Shown piece by piece: positions 1 through 9,394 of a DNA stretch of 64,000 bases. Position 1 is the stretch's first letter. The number at the start of each line of letters is the position of its first letter. The translations under genes were made by a program, and so were the position numbers. The DNA is from an uncultured beta proteobacterium (GTDB taxonomy: Bacteria > Pseudomonadota > Gammaproteobacteria > Burkholderiales > SG8-39), in NCBI GenBank assembly GCA_963762785.1, contig CAVXND010000079.1:11638-75637 (forward strand), written 5' to 3'. A model generated the notes under the pieces. It searched no databases. It saw only the letters and a list, made by a program, of their open reading frames with translations, and was not told where the DNA came from.

Positions 1-1050
1 AGCGGCACGATCAGGATGCTGATCGTCACGATCGCGGCGAGGATCGCCGAGCGCGATCAGCGTGAGCTGCCAGCTGTACCAGAACATCAGCGCGAGGAAG
101 ATCGCGAGGAACGGCAGGTCGAGCAGGAGCGTCACCGCGGCACCGCTGACGAACTCGCGGATCGTCTCGACGCCGTGCAACCGCGCGACGATCGTGCCGG
201 TCGGCCGGTGCTCGAAATAGCGCGCGGGCAGCCCGAGCAGGTGCTCGAAGACCCGCGTGCCGAGCACTGCGTCGACCCGGTTGCCGGTGTGCAGGACCAG
301 GTACTGCCGCACCCAGGTCATGGCGGTGCTGAACAGCGTGACGACGACCAGTGCAACGCCGATGACGACGAGCGTGTTGACCGTCTGATGAACGACGACC
401 TTGTCGATGACGACCTGCGTGAAGAGCGGGGTCGCGAGCGCGAGCAGCTGGATCGCGGCGGAGGCGAGCAGCACGTCGCGCCAGATGCGCTTGTGCTTGA
501 GCAGCTCGGGCACGAACCACCGGAAGCCGAAGACCGGCGCGCCTTCCGCGCGCGCGTCGGGATCGGCGAGCGGCCTGCCCGCCAGGGCGAACTGGACGAC
601 GAGTCCGGTGAACCGTGCGGCGAAGCCTTCCGGGGTGACCGTTGCCGGGCCGGCGCGACCGGGCTCGATGAGCTGCAGCTCGGTCTCGGTCGCGCGGGTA
701 ACGACCGCCAGCCGGTGCGCGGGACCGTCCGCGCCTTCGACCGGCACGGCGGCGAGCAGCACCACGCAAGGCGTGCCGATCGCGGGGATGCCGTCCGCTG
801 CCGCTTCCCGCGCAGCGGCCTCGAAGCCGAGGCGGCCGGCGGCGTGGAGCAGGGTTTCGAGCGAATACGGCGGCGGGAATTCGCGGAGGACGAGCGAGGC
901 GTCGAACGGCACGCGCTCGAGCTGGCACATCGCGGCCAGCGCGAGCAGCACGTCTTCCTTCGCCAGCCCGACGTCGCGCACCTTCCCTCCCCGACTGCCC
1001 CGCGCGGCGCCGCGAGGGGAGCCCGGGCAGTCTATGCCCGAACACTCCAC
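1..1050 (-). CDS. Type I secretion ABC transporter, HlyB family (C39-like N-domain plus start of TMD); 5' part only, gene continues past the window start
   Basis: Runs off the left edge, so it is absent from the ORF track. My minus-frame translation gives ...LALAAMCQLERVPFDASLVLREFPPPYSLETLLHAAGRLGF... then FGFRWFVPELLKHKRIWRDVLLASAAIQLLALATPLFTQVVIDKVVVHQTVNTL ... LDLPFLAIFLALMFWYSWQLTL, the HlyB-type TMD entry pattern. An in-frame TAA at 1063-1065 bounds the start; the first candidate is GTG 1050 (start uncertain). Confidence 0.7.
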   Translation of the reverse strand, partial: MECSGIDCPGSPRGAARGSRGGKVRDVGLAKEDVLLALAAMCQLERVPFDASLVLREFPPPYSLETLLHAAGRLGFEAAAREAAADGIPAIGTPCVVLLAAVPVEGADGPAHRLAVVTRATETELQLIEPGRAGPATVTPEGFAARFTGLVVQFALAGRPLADPDARAEGAPVFGFRWFVPELLKHKRIWRDVLLASAAIQLLALATPLFTQVVIDKVVVHQTVNTLVVIGVALVVVTLFSTAMTWVRQYLVLHTGNRVDAVLGTRVFEHLLGLPARYFEHRPTGTIVARLHGVETIREFVSGAAVTLLLDLPFLAIFLALMFWYSWQLTLIALGDPRRDRDDQHPDRAA

Positions 1051-1144
1051 GCGAACAACGATTTACGTGCTTCCCCGCGCCTTATTCCGCAAGGGTCCCG
1101 GCGGTTAGAATGCCGCGTCCCAGAGGCCGCGACAACTATTCCTC

Positions 1145-2350
1145 ATGACGCCCGCCGACGATCCCCGGACGCACCAACGCCTGCGGCTCGCGGCGCGCAT
1201 GGACGCGATCGAGCCGTTCCACGTCATGGAGATCCAGCGACGCGCGTTCGAGCTCGAGGCGAGCGGGCGGCGCATCGTCCACATGGAGATCGGGCAGCCG
1301 GATTTCCCGGCGCCGCAACCGGTCGTCGAGGCGGCGATCGCGGCGCTCCGGCGCGAGCCGATGGGCTACACCGATGCGCTCGGCATCCGCCCGCTCCGCG
1401 AAGCGATCTCGCAGTTCTACGCCGACCGCTATCGCCTGAACGTCGCACCGGAACGGATCGTGGTCACCGCCGGCGCCTCCGGTGCTTTCCTCGTCGCGAT
1501 GGGCTCGCTGATCGGCCCCGGCGACGAGGTGCTCATGCCCGACCCGTGCTACCCGTGCAACCGCCACTTCGTCCGGATGTTCGAGGGGCACGCGAAGACG
1601 ATTCCCGCCGACGAAACCGCGCACTACCAGCTCTCGCTCGCGGACGTGCGGCGGCACTGGGGGCCGCGGACGCGCGGCGTGATGCTCGCTTCGCCGTCGA
1701 ACCCGACCGGCTACCGTCGTGCCGCTCGACGCGCTGCGCGGAATCATCGCCGAGGCCGAAGCGCGCGCGGGGTTCGCGCTCGTCGACGAGATCTACCAGG
1801 GACTGACCTACGACGGCCCGCATCTCCCGACCGCGCTCGGCTACTCGGAGCGCGTGTTCGTCGTGAACAGCTTTTCGAAGTATTTCTGCATGACCGGCTG
1901 GCGGCTCGGGTGGCTGGTCGCGCCGCCCGAACTACGTGCGCGAGATGGAGCGCCTGGCGCAGAACGCGTTCATCTGCGTGTCCGCGCCCGCCCAGCACGC
2001 GGCGCTGGCGGCGTTCGCGCCGGCGACGATCGCGATCCTGGAAGAGCGCCGGTCGGAGTTCCGACGGCGGCGCGACTTCCTGGTGCCGGCGCTCCGCTCG
2101 CTCGGGTTCGACGTGCCGCTGATGCCGCAGGGGGCGTTCTACGTCTATGCCGGGCTGCGAGCGGTTCGCGGCGGACAGCGAAGCGTTCGCGTGGCGGGTG
2201 CTCGAGGAGGCCGGGGTCGCGATCACGCCAGGGATCGACTTCGGCGAGCATCGTGCGCGCTCACACGTGCGTTTCGCCTACACGCGCTCGCTGGCCGACA
2301 TCGAGGAAGGCGTGGAGCGGTTGGCGCGCCTGCTCGCCCACTCCCGGTAA
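1145..2350 (+). CDS. PLP-dependent aminotransferase, class I/II (AspC-like); frame broken three times as written
   Basis: Four ORF-track pieces (1145.., 1719.., 1936.., 2147..2350) join into one protein: ...SPSNPTG|TVVPLDALRGIIAEAEA...SFSKYFCMTGWRLGWLVAPPE|YVREMERLAQNAFICVSAPAQHAAL...GAFYVYAG|CERFAADSEAFAWRVLEEAGVAITPGIDFG. SFSK is the PLP-lysine motif. +1 shifts lie near 1711, 1931 and 2152. Confidence 0.85.
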
Positions 2351-2353
2351 AAG

Positions 2354-2380
2354 AAAACCCCGCCGGAGCGGGGTTTGTTG
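2354..2380. terminator. Rho-independent terminator (possibly bidirectional)
   Basis: AAACCCCGC-cgga-GCGGGGTTT hairpin (9 bp) with an A-run before and TTTGTTG after, 4 nt past the aminotransferase stop. It lies between convergent genes. Confidence 0.6.
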
Positions 2381-2472
2381 GCGGCAGGAGTGACCTGGCG
2401 CTTCAGGCCACGGTGCCGGCCACGTTCGGCCGAGGTGACCCGACGAGTCGCACCGCCGGGATAGCTACTGGC

Positions 2473-3153
2473 TCAGGCCGCGGTGCCGCCCGGACGCGGA
2501 GCACGCAGCGTCTGTTCGAGTCGCTGCTTCTCGGCCATCACCTTCTGGGCGTAGCTCTGCGCCGGATCGTCGTGGGCGCCGTTGTACATCTGCAGGCCGG
2601 CCTCGACCCCGCCCGCGAGGCGGATGTACTCCTTGAGGATCTGGGCACCGACCAGGATGTTGGTCTTCGGATCGAGCACCGCATCCTGGCCGCCATGGAC
2701 CGCGAGCTTCTCGGTGTGGAACTTCGGGATCACCTGCATCAACCCCTTCGCCCCCATGTCGCTCTCCGCGATCGGATTGAAGCGGGACTCGACGGAGATC
2801 ACGGCCAGAATCAGCAGCGGGTCGAGACCGACCGCCTTGCCGACGGTGTACGACTCGCTCACGAGGTCTACGGTCGCATCGCCTGCGACCCGGTACTTGC
2901 GGGCGAGATAGCCCGCGAGGACCTTGTGCTGCGGATCGCGCACCGCGGCGGTCTCCGCCTCGAGCGCGTGCGTCGCATCGATCGTCCCGGCGAACGCGGT
3001 GGTGTTCGTGGGCCCGAACGGCAGGACCCGACCACCCTCGATCGCAACCAACACCAGGGCAAGGAGACCGAATCCGGCGAGAACGCCTTGCGCGGCTCCG
3101 ATCATCGCTTGCCACCCTTTACGCAACTGCACCGGCAGGTTGGGCATCTTCAT
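2473..3153 (-). CDS. Membrane-anchored lytic transglycosylase (SLT domain)
   Basis: ORF 2473..3165. It has an N-terminal TM helix (GVLAGFGLLALVLVAI) and the SLT catalytic region AVISVESRFNPIAESDMGAKGLMQV. GGAGG sits 6 nt before the ATG at 3153 (MKMPNLP...), so that is the likelier start; 3165 is the maximal start. Confidence 0.8.
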   Translation of the reverse strand: MKMPNLPVQLRKGWQAMIGAAQGVLAGFGLLALVLVAIEGGRVLPFGPTNTTAFAGTIDATHALEAETAAVRDPQHKVLAGYLARKYRVAGDATVDLVSESYTVGKAVGLDPLLILAVISVESRFNPIAESDMGAKGLMQVIPKFHTEKLAVHGGQDAVLDPKTNILVGAQILKEYIRLAGGVEAGLQMYNGAHDDPAQSYAQKVMAEKQRLEQTLRAPRPGGTAA

Positions 3154-3165
3154 GCTCACCTCCAT

Positions 3166-3411
3166 GATCCACGACGCGGCGCGGACTTACCCGCGCACGC
3201 TCAACCAGAATCCACCCTGCCCCAACGGGCGGGCTGGACAGCTTGTTATCCCCTGCTGATCCCCGGTCCGACCGGAAGCCGTCGTACCTGGCTTCCCGAA
3301 CCACTGCGACTCGCTCTCCGACCCCGTCGCCAGCACTCCTCCGACCCTTGGTGCTGACGAGGGGTTACGCCGTTGAGCGATAGGCTGATTGAGTCGTTGT
3401 GAAATTACCGA
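3166..3411 (-). promoter_or_regulatory. Long structured 5' leader of the SLT gene (candidate cis-regulatory RNA, class unknown)
   Basis: About 245 nt lie between the predicted promoter and the start codon. CGCUCAAC (3379-3372) pairs perfectly with GUUGAGCG (3205-3198), enclosing 182 nt. That domain contains at least three further GC-rich helices, e.g. GGUUCG-GGAAGCC-loop-GGCUUCC-ggu-CGGACC and CCAGCCCGCCC-GUUG-GGGCAGGGUGG. Folding was done by eye only. Confidence 0.35.
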
Positions 3412-3418
3412 AAAACGC

Positions 3419-3447
3419 AGTCTAATGAAGGAGTTAACCTCTGTCAA
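3419..3447 (-). promoter_or_regulatory. sigma70-type promoter
   Basis: Minus strand TTGACA (3447-3442), 17-nt spacer, TAGACT (3424-3419), in a locally AT-richer stretch. Confidence 0.5.
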
Positions 3448-3504
3448 GCAGCGAAAAACTGGTGCCGAATCAGGGACTTGGCAAAGTGCCTGATGCTGCG
3501 TCGC

Positions 3505-3557
3505 ACAATAAAAAAATTTTGGGCGAAACGCAGCCCGGCCCCGCGAGTGGCCGGCTG
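3505..3557 (-). terminator. Possible terminator of the H1-like gene
   Basis: Minus strand CAGCCGGCC-actcgcg-GGCCGGGCUG stem, then after 12 nt a run AAAAUUUUUUU. The U-run is not adjacent to the stem, so this is weak. Confidence 0.3.
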
Positions 3558-3672
3558 TTAAAATGGCGCCGTCCCCTTGGTGAGAGCCGGGGGACAGGCA
3601 GTTCAAGTGCCGAATGTCTGCGGTTCGGACTTTGCCTGCACAAAGCCCGACCGCAGACGATTCGACTTCCGC

Positions 3673-4035
3673 CTAGGGCCGTGACCCGGTTGGGAACGGC
3701 CAAGCTGCAGCGGGATTGAGGGCGGTCCTCGCCCCTTGCGCCGCGGCGGCCGACGGAGCAGCAGGTGCTGCCGTCGGTGCCGATGGCGCGGGTCTCGCCG
3801 CTGGCTTGGCTGCCGCTACCGGCTCCGCCTTCTTCTTGGCGGGTTTCTTCGCAGCTTTTTTCTTGGCGGCCTTGCGGGCCGCCTTTTTCTTTGCCGGCCT
3901 CTTCTTCCGTGAGGCCGACTTTTTCTTCGCCGTTTTCTTCTTGGCTGCCGCTCTGCGTCTTCCTGCCTTCTTCTTCTTGGCCTTCTTGGCGGTCTTCTTC
4001 TTCGCAGCTTTTTTCGCTTTTCTCTTCGTTGCCAT
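3673..4035 (-). CDS. Lys/Ala-rich histone H1-like nucleoid protein
   Basis: ORF 3673..4080. GGAAGGAG precedes the internal ATG at 4035, giving MATKRKAKKAAKKKTAKKAKKKKAGRRRAAAKKKTAKKK..., then an Ala/Pro-rich tail ending NPAAAWPFPTGSRP. The composition is typical of bacterial H1-like/AlgP-type proteins. Confidence 0.7.
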   Translation of the reverse strand: MATKRKAKKAAKKKTAKKAKKKKAGRRRAAAKKKTAKKKSASRKKRPAKKKAARKAAKKKAAKKPAKKKAEPVAAAKPAARPAPSAPTAAPAAPSAAAAQGARTALNPAAAWPFPTGSRP

Positions 4036-4335
4036 GCTTGCACTCCTTCCAGGGTTGACGAAAGGTGCTACCAGCTGCACCCGGCCGTGCCGGCCCGGGT
4101 ATCCGGCCGCCGGAGCGGACTCCGGCCGCCGAATCCGTGACGCCGCGGCTTACACGCGGCGCTCGCATACAAAAATGTCGGAGCCCGCAGGGGTCCGACA
4201 CCATGGTCATTCCGAAAATCCCCGCGCGCCGGTCTGCACCGACGCAAGTACCTCGCATTCGCGCACCGCGCCCAGCGCTGCGCGCATCGCCCACGAACCC
4301 GAACCGTAAACGAGTCCTTGCCGCTCGACAACCAC

Positions 4336-5521
4336 TTACTCCCAATTCAGCGCGCCCCCGGTCTGGTACTCGATCACGCGGGTCTCGAAGAAGTTGCGCT
4401 CCTTCTTGAGGTCGATCATCTCGCTCATCCACGGGAACGGATTCGCCGCGCCCGCATAGAGTTGCTCCACCCCGATCTGCTGGCAGCGACGGTTCGCGAT
4501 GAAGCGGAGATACTCCTTGAACATCGGCGCGTTCAACCCGAGCACGCCCCGCGGCATCGTGTCCTCGGCGTACCGGTATTCGAGCTCGACCGCCTGCCTG
4601 ATGAGCGCCTGGATCTCCTCGCGGAACTCCGGGGTCCACAGGTGCGGGTTCTCGAGCTTGATCTGGTTGATCAGGTCGATGCCGAAGTTGCAGTGCATCG
4701 ACTCGTCGCGCAGGATGTACTGGTACTGCTCGGCGGCGCCGGTCATCTTGTTCTGCCGGCCAAGCGCGAGGATCTGGGTGAACCCGACGTAGAAGAACAG
4801 CCCTTCCATCACGCACGCGAACACGATCAGGCTCCGCAGCAGCTCCTGATCCGCGTCCGGTGTGCCGGTCCGGAAGGACGGGTCGGTCAGCGTGTCGATG
4901 AACGGGACCAGGAACTCGTCCTTGTCGCGGATCGAGGAGATCTCGTGATAGGCGTTGAACACCTCGCCTTCGTCAAGCGCGAGGCTCTCGACGATGTACT
5001 GATAGGCGTGGGTGTGGATCGCCTCCTCGAACGCCTGCCGCAGCAGGTATTGCCGGCACTCCGGCGCGGTGATGTGGCGGTAGGTGCCGAGCACGATGTT
5101 GTTCGCCGCGAGCGAGTCCGCGGTGACGAAGAACCCGAGGTTGCGCTTCACGACGCGCCGCTCGTCATCGGTCAGGCCGTTCGGGTCCTTCCAGAGCGCG
5201 ATGTCGCGGCTCATGTTGACTTCCTGCGGCATCCAGTGGTTCGCGCACGCCGACAGGTACTTGTCCCAGGCCCACTTGTACTTGAACGGGACGAGCTGGT
5301 TGACGTCGGTGCGCCCGTTGATGATCCGCTTGTCCTCGAGCCGGATCCGCCGGTGGTCGGCCTCCGGATTCGATCGGTTCGGGCGCCCGCACTCTCGCCG
5401 CCGGCGCGAGCTCCGCTGCGGCCGTCGGCACGAAACCGGCGACTCCTGGCAAGCCGAATCCCGACATCGCCTGCAGCCCAAGTGCGCCGCCTGCCATCAC
5501 GTCATCGTCGAACTGCAACAT
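4336..5521 (-). CDS. nrdB: Ribonucleotide reductase class Ia beta subunit; one apparent +1 shift in the N-terminal extension
   Basis: ORF 4336..5481 carries [27 protein letters not shown]...[30 protein letters not shown] and [14 protein letters not shown] (di-iron ligands). A strong GGAGGAG precedes ATG 5521 (ORF 5165..5521, MLQFDDDV...). That frame must join the main frame somewhere in 5350-5420. The length after removing 1 nt is 395 codons. Confidence 0.85.
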
Positions 5522-5548
5522 CCTTCTCCTCCCTCGTTCCTGGGGCCC

Positions 5549-8414
5549 TTACTGGCAGGCCTCGCATTCAGGGTTGTCGATCGCGCAGAACTTCGGCTCA
5601 CCCGCCTCCGTCGCGGGCGCGGCGAGCACGCCGCCGTCGCTCGGCACGGCGTTGAGCTGGCCCGCCTTGACGGTCGATTTCTCGGCGTGCGTCGCACCCA
5701 GAGAGCGCAGGTAGTAGGTCGTCTTCAACCCGCGCAGCCACGCGAGCTTGTAGGTCTCGTCCAGCTTCTTGCCGGACGCGTTGCCGAAGTAGATGTTGAG
5801 CGATTGCGACTGGTCGATCCACTTCTGCCGTCTCGCTCCCGCTTCCACGAGCCACGACGCGTCGACCTCGAACGCCGTGGCGTACAGCCGGCGCAGCTCG
5901 GCCGGCGCGCGATCGATCCGCGCGAGGCTGCCGTCGAAGTACTTGAGATCGGCGATCATGACCTCGTCCCAGAGCCCCGCCGCCTTGAGGTCCGCCACGA
6001 GGTACTCGTTGACGACGGTGAACTCGCCCGACAGGTTCGACTTCACGTAGAGGTTCTGATAGGTCGGCTCGATCGACGGCGACACGCCGATGATGTTCGC
6101 GATGGTGGCCGTAGGCGCGATCGCGAGGCAGTTCGAGTTGCGCATGCCGTGGCGCTTGATGCGCTCGCGCAGGGCGCCCCAGTCGAGCGTCTCCGACGTG
6201 TCGACCTCCACGAACCCGCCCCGCTCTTCCTTGAGGAGCGCGAGGGTGTCCTGCGGAAGCACACCGCGATCCCACAGCGAGCCCTTGAAGGACGAATAGC
6301 GGCCGCGCTCTTCGGCGAGCTCGGTCGACGCCCAGTAGGCGTGAAATGCCACCGCCTCCATCGACCGGTCGGCGAACTCGACCGCCTCGGCCGAGGCGTA
6401 TGGAACGCGCAGCAGGTGCAGGCAGTCCTGGAACCCCATGATCCCCAGCCCGACCGGCCGGTGCTTGAGGTTCGAGTTCCGCGCCTTCGCGACCGCGTAG
6501 TAGTTGATGTCGATCACGTTGTCGAGCATCCGCATCGCGGTGGCGATCGTCGCCTTCAGCTTGTCGTGATCGAGCCGCCCGTCGCGCATGTGCGCGACCA
6601 GGTTGACCGAGCCGAGGTTGCACACCGCGATCTCGCGATCGTTGGTGTTGAGGGTGATCTCGGTGCACAGATTGGAGCTGTGAACGACGCCCACGTGCTG
6701 CTGCGGCGACCGGAGGTTGCACGGGTCCTTGAAGGTGATCCAGGGATGCCCGGTCTCGAACAGCATCGAGAGCATCTTCCGCCAGAGCTGGACCGCGGGA
6801 ATCTTCTTGTGCAGCTTCAGCTCGCCGCGCGCGACCTTCGCTTCGTAGCCGAGATAGGCCTGCTCGAACGCGGCGCCGAACTTGTCGTGCAGGTCTGCGG
6901 CGTCGGACGGCGAGAAGAGCGTCCATTCGCCGTTCTCCACCACGCGCTTCATGAACAGGTCCGGAACCCAGTTCGCGGTGTTCATGTCGTGGGTCCGGCG
7001 CCGGTCGTCGCCGGTGTTCTTGCGCAGCTCGAGAAACTCCTCGATGTCGAGGTGCCAGGTCTCGAGGTACGAGCACACCGCGCCCTTGCGCTTCCCGCCC
7101 TGGTTGACCGCGACCGCCGTGTCGTTCACCACCTTGAGAAACGGCACTACGCCCTGCGACTTGCCGTTCGTCCCCTTGATGTGGCTGCCGAGCGCCCGCA
7201 CCGGCGTCCAGTCGTTGCCGAGACCGCCGGCGAACTTGGCGAGCAGCGCGTTCTCCTTGATCGCCTCGTAGATCCCGTCGAGGTCGTCGGAAACCGTGGT
7301 CAGGTAGCAGCTCGAGAGCTGGGAGCGCCGGGTCCCCGAGTTGAAGAGCGTCGGGGTCGAGCTCATGAAGTCGAATCGCGACAGCACGTCGTAGAACTCG
7401 ATCGCCCGCTCTTCCTTGTTGATCTCGTTCAGCGCAAGCCCCATCGCCACGCGCATGAAGAACGCCTGCGGCAGCTCGATGCGACGGCCGTCGACGTGCA
7501 GGAAGTAGCGGTCGTACAGCGTCTGCAGGCCGAGGTAGCCGAACTTCAGGTCGCGGTCGGCGTCGAGCGCGGCGCCGAGCTTGAGGAGGTCGAAGCGCGC
7601 GAGCCGCTCGTCGAGGAGCTCCGCCTGAATGCCGCTCTTGATGAACTGGGGGAAATAGTCCGCGTACCGCGTGGACATCTCGGCCTGGGAGACTTCTTCT
7701 CCCAGCACCTCGAGGCGGATCGTGTGCAGCAGCAGGCGCGCCGTCACGTAGGCGTACCCGGGATCCTTCTCGATCAGCGCGCGCGCCGAGAGGATCGCCG
7801 ACTTGCGCACCTCGTCCATGGGCACGCCGTCGTACAGGTTCTTGACCGTCTCCTGGAGGATCGCCTCCGGACCCACCGCGTCGCCCTAGCCCCGCGCACG
7901 CGACCTCGACGAGCTCCTTCAGCCGCGCGATGTCGAGCGGGCGGCGCTCGCCCTTCTCGAGCGCGTGCAGCACCGGCTGCACCGCGGCGGTCTTCTTCTG
8001 GGCCGCCTCCTGCGCGCGGACCTGGGCACGCTTCTCCCGGTACAGCACGTACGCCCGCGCCGTGTCGTGCTCGCCCGAGCGCATCAGCGCGAGCTCGACC
8101 TGGTCCTGGATGTCCTCGATGTGGAAGGTGCCGCCGGTCGGCTGGCGGCGGATGAGCGCGCCGACGACCCCGTCGGTGAGCCGCGCGACGACCTCGCGGA
8201 TGCGGGCGGACGCCGCGCCCTGACCGCCGGTCACGGCGAGGAACGCCTTGGTCATCGCGACCGAAATCTTGCCCGGCTCGAACGCGACGACCGCGCCGTT
8301 CCGGCGTATGACCTTGTACTGCGCTAGGAGCGAAGCCTGATGACCTGGAGCGGACTCGGGAACACTTGCGGTGACGAAAGGCTGGGACGGTACGGCTTCA
8401 CCCGCAAGTTGCAT
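5549..8414 (-). CDS. nrdA: Ribonucleotide reductase class Ia alpha subunit; one apparent +1 shift near 7883
   Basis: The piece from ATG 8414 (ATP-cone [26 protein letters not shown]...) joins ORF 5549..7876 (...[12 protein letters not shown]..., C-terminus [14 protein letters not shown]) at ...ACAGLG|[19 protein letters not shown]. Confidence 0.9.
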
Positions 8415-8488
8415 CTCGGTCTCCTCTGTTCGTGCTTATTGATTGCCCGGGCCCCCTCCGGCCCGCCCGTCCGGCGCCCGCGGCCGGA

Positions 8489-8534
8489 CCACTACATATA
8501 GTGTATTGCTAGAGTAGTAGCCCTAATTCTAGTG
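8489..8534 (-). promoter_or_regulatory. Tandem NrdR boxes
   Basis: Two 16-mers lie 30 bp apart. CCACTACATATAGTGT (8489-8504) is a near-perfect palindrome matching the NrdR box acaCwAtATaTwGtgt. AGCCCTAATTCTAGTG (8519-8534) is weaker and overlaps the -10. Confidence 0.55.
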
Positions 8535-8554
8535 CGCCGGGCGGCCGCTTGCAA
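8526..8554 (-). promoter_or_regulatory. sigma70-type promoter of nrdAB
   Basis: Minus strand TTGCAA (8554-8549), 17 nt, TAGAAT (8531-8526), about 105 nt upstream of the nrdA ATG. The SD AGAGGAG is next to the ATG. Confidence 0.5.
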
Positions 8555-8610
8555 CGCTTTTCTCAAGCCTTTCACGGCTCCAGCGCGGGTTGTGCGCGCA
8601 GCGCGTGAAG

Positions 8611-8630
8611 TTCGTCACGGATTCGTCACG
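8611..8630. repeat. Tandem direct repeat TTCGTCACG x2, 11-bp period
   Basis: TTCGTCACG at 8611-8619 and again at 8622-8630, in the nrdA/ampD intergenic region about 60 bp upstream of the nrd -35. Confidence 0.6.
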
Positions 8631-8763
8631 TGCGCGTCCCGGCGCGGGCGCGAACAGGGGCGATGAGGAGACCAGTCACGAGGCTGAGGACCGGAACCGC
8701 CGACGGGCTGACCGGCGTCGAAGCGACCAGCGACGAGGGAGCCGACGGACGAGCCGCGACGCC

Positions 8764-9388
8764 TCAGCGTCGGCGCGCGGTGCCGAGGAGCGCCCGCAGG
8801 CGCGGCCAGTCGAACGCCGGGCCCGGGTCGGTCTTGCGGGCCGGCGCCACGTCGCTGTGACCCACGAGGTCGGCGATCGGGTAGCGCCGCCGGAGCGCGA
8901 TCACGAGGTCCGCGAGCCGGTCGTACTGGACGTCGGCGTAGGGGACGGTATCGGTGCCCTCGAGCTCGACCCCGATCGAGAAGTCGTTGCAGCGCGAGCG
9001 CCCGTTCCACGTGGACTCGCCGGCGTGCCAGGCACGCCGCCCGCATGGCACGAACTGGACGACCTCGCCGGTCCGCCGGATGAAGAAATGCGCCGAGACC
9101 CGCAGCGCCTGCAGCGCCTCGTAAGCCGGGTGGGACGAGCAGTCGAGCGTGTTCGTGAAGAGCCGCACGACGTCGTCGCCCGCCGAAGACCCCCGGGGGC
9201 AGGCTGATGTTATGGACGACGAGCAGCGTGATCTTGGTCCCGCGCGGGCGGGCATCGGCGTTGGGCGAGGGCACCTGCCGCGCTCCGGCGGCGCGCCCGG
9301 CGGCATCGATCCGCAGCGACGGCAGCCGGCCGCGGCCGGGAATCCGTCCCCGCGGGCGCCGGACGCCGCGGTCGGCGCGCGTCGCCAC
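8764..9388 (-). CDS. ampD: 1,6-anhydro-N-acetylmuramyl-L-alanine amidase AmpD; one apparent shift near 9178
   Basis: The frame from GTG 9388 reads ...VPSPNADARPRGTKITLLVVHNISLPPGVFGG. It joins the frame ending at 8764: DDVVRLFTNTLDCSSHPAYEALQALRVSAHFFIRRTGEVVQFVPCGRRAWHAGESTWNGRSRCNDFSIGVELEGTD. The N-terminal start is uncertain. Confidence 0.8.
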
Positions 9389-9394
9389 GCCCCG

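Noticed and set aside
16-1806. Many very long ORFs in the track have Arg/Ala/Pro/Gly-rich translations. Examples are 16..1806, 5084..8155, 9149..10813, 10889..12556, 14186..15331, 17927..19732, 24168..26030, 26087..27913, 33617..35356, 35166..37358, 42721..44325, 44626..46260, 54290..57067 and 57119..60385.
   Set aside because: They lie antisense to, or out of frame with, genes that have clear family signatures. Stop codons are rare in such GC-rich DNA, so long shadow ORFs are expected. None shows a recognisable motif.
3198-3379. Calling the structured SLT leader a ydaO-type c-di-AMP riboswitch.
   Set aside because: Only a few short strings resemble the consensus, and their order does not match what I remember of the motif. 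Without a covariance-model search the class must stay open, so I report it only as an unclassified structured leader.
3716-4080. Highly repetitive GC/T-rich DNA (cttcttcttggc-like units) that could be mistaken for a tandem repeat or CRISPR-like array.
   Set aside because: It is the coding sequence of the Lys/Ala-rich H1-like protein (AAG/GCC codon reiteration). There are no regular repeat-spacer units.
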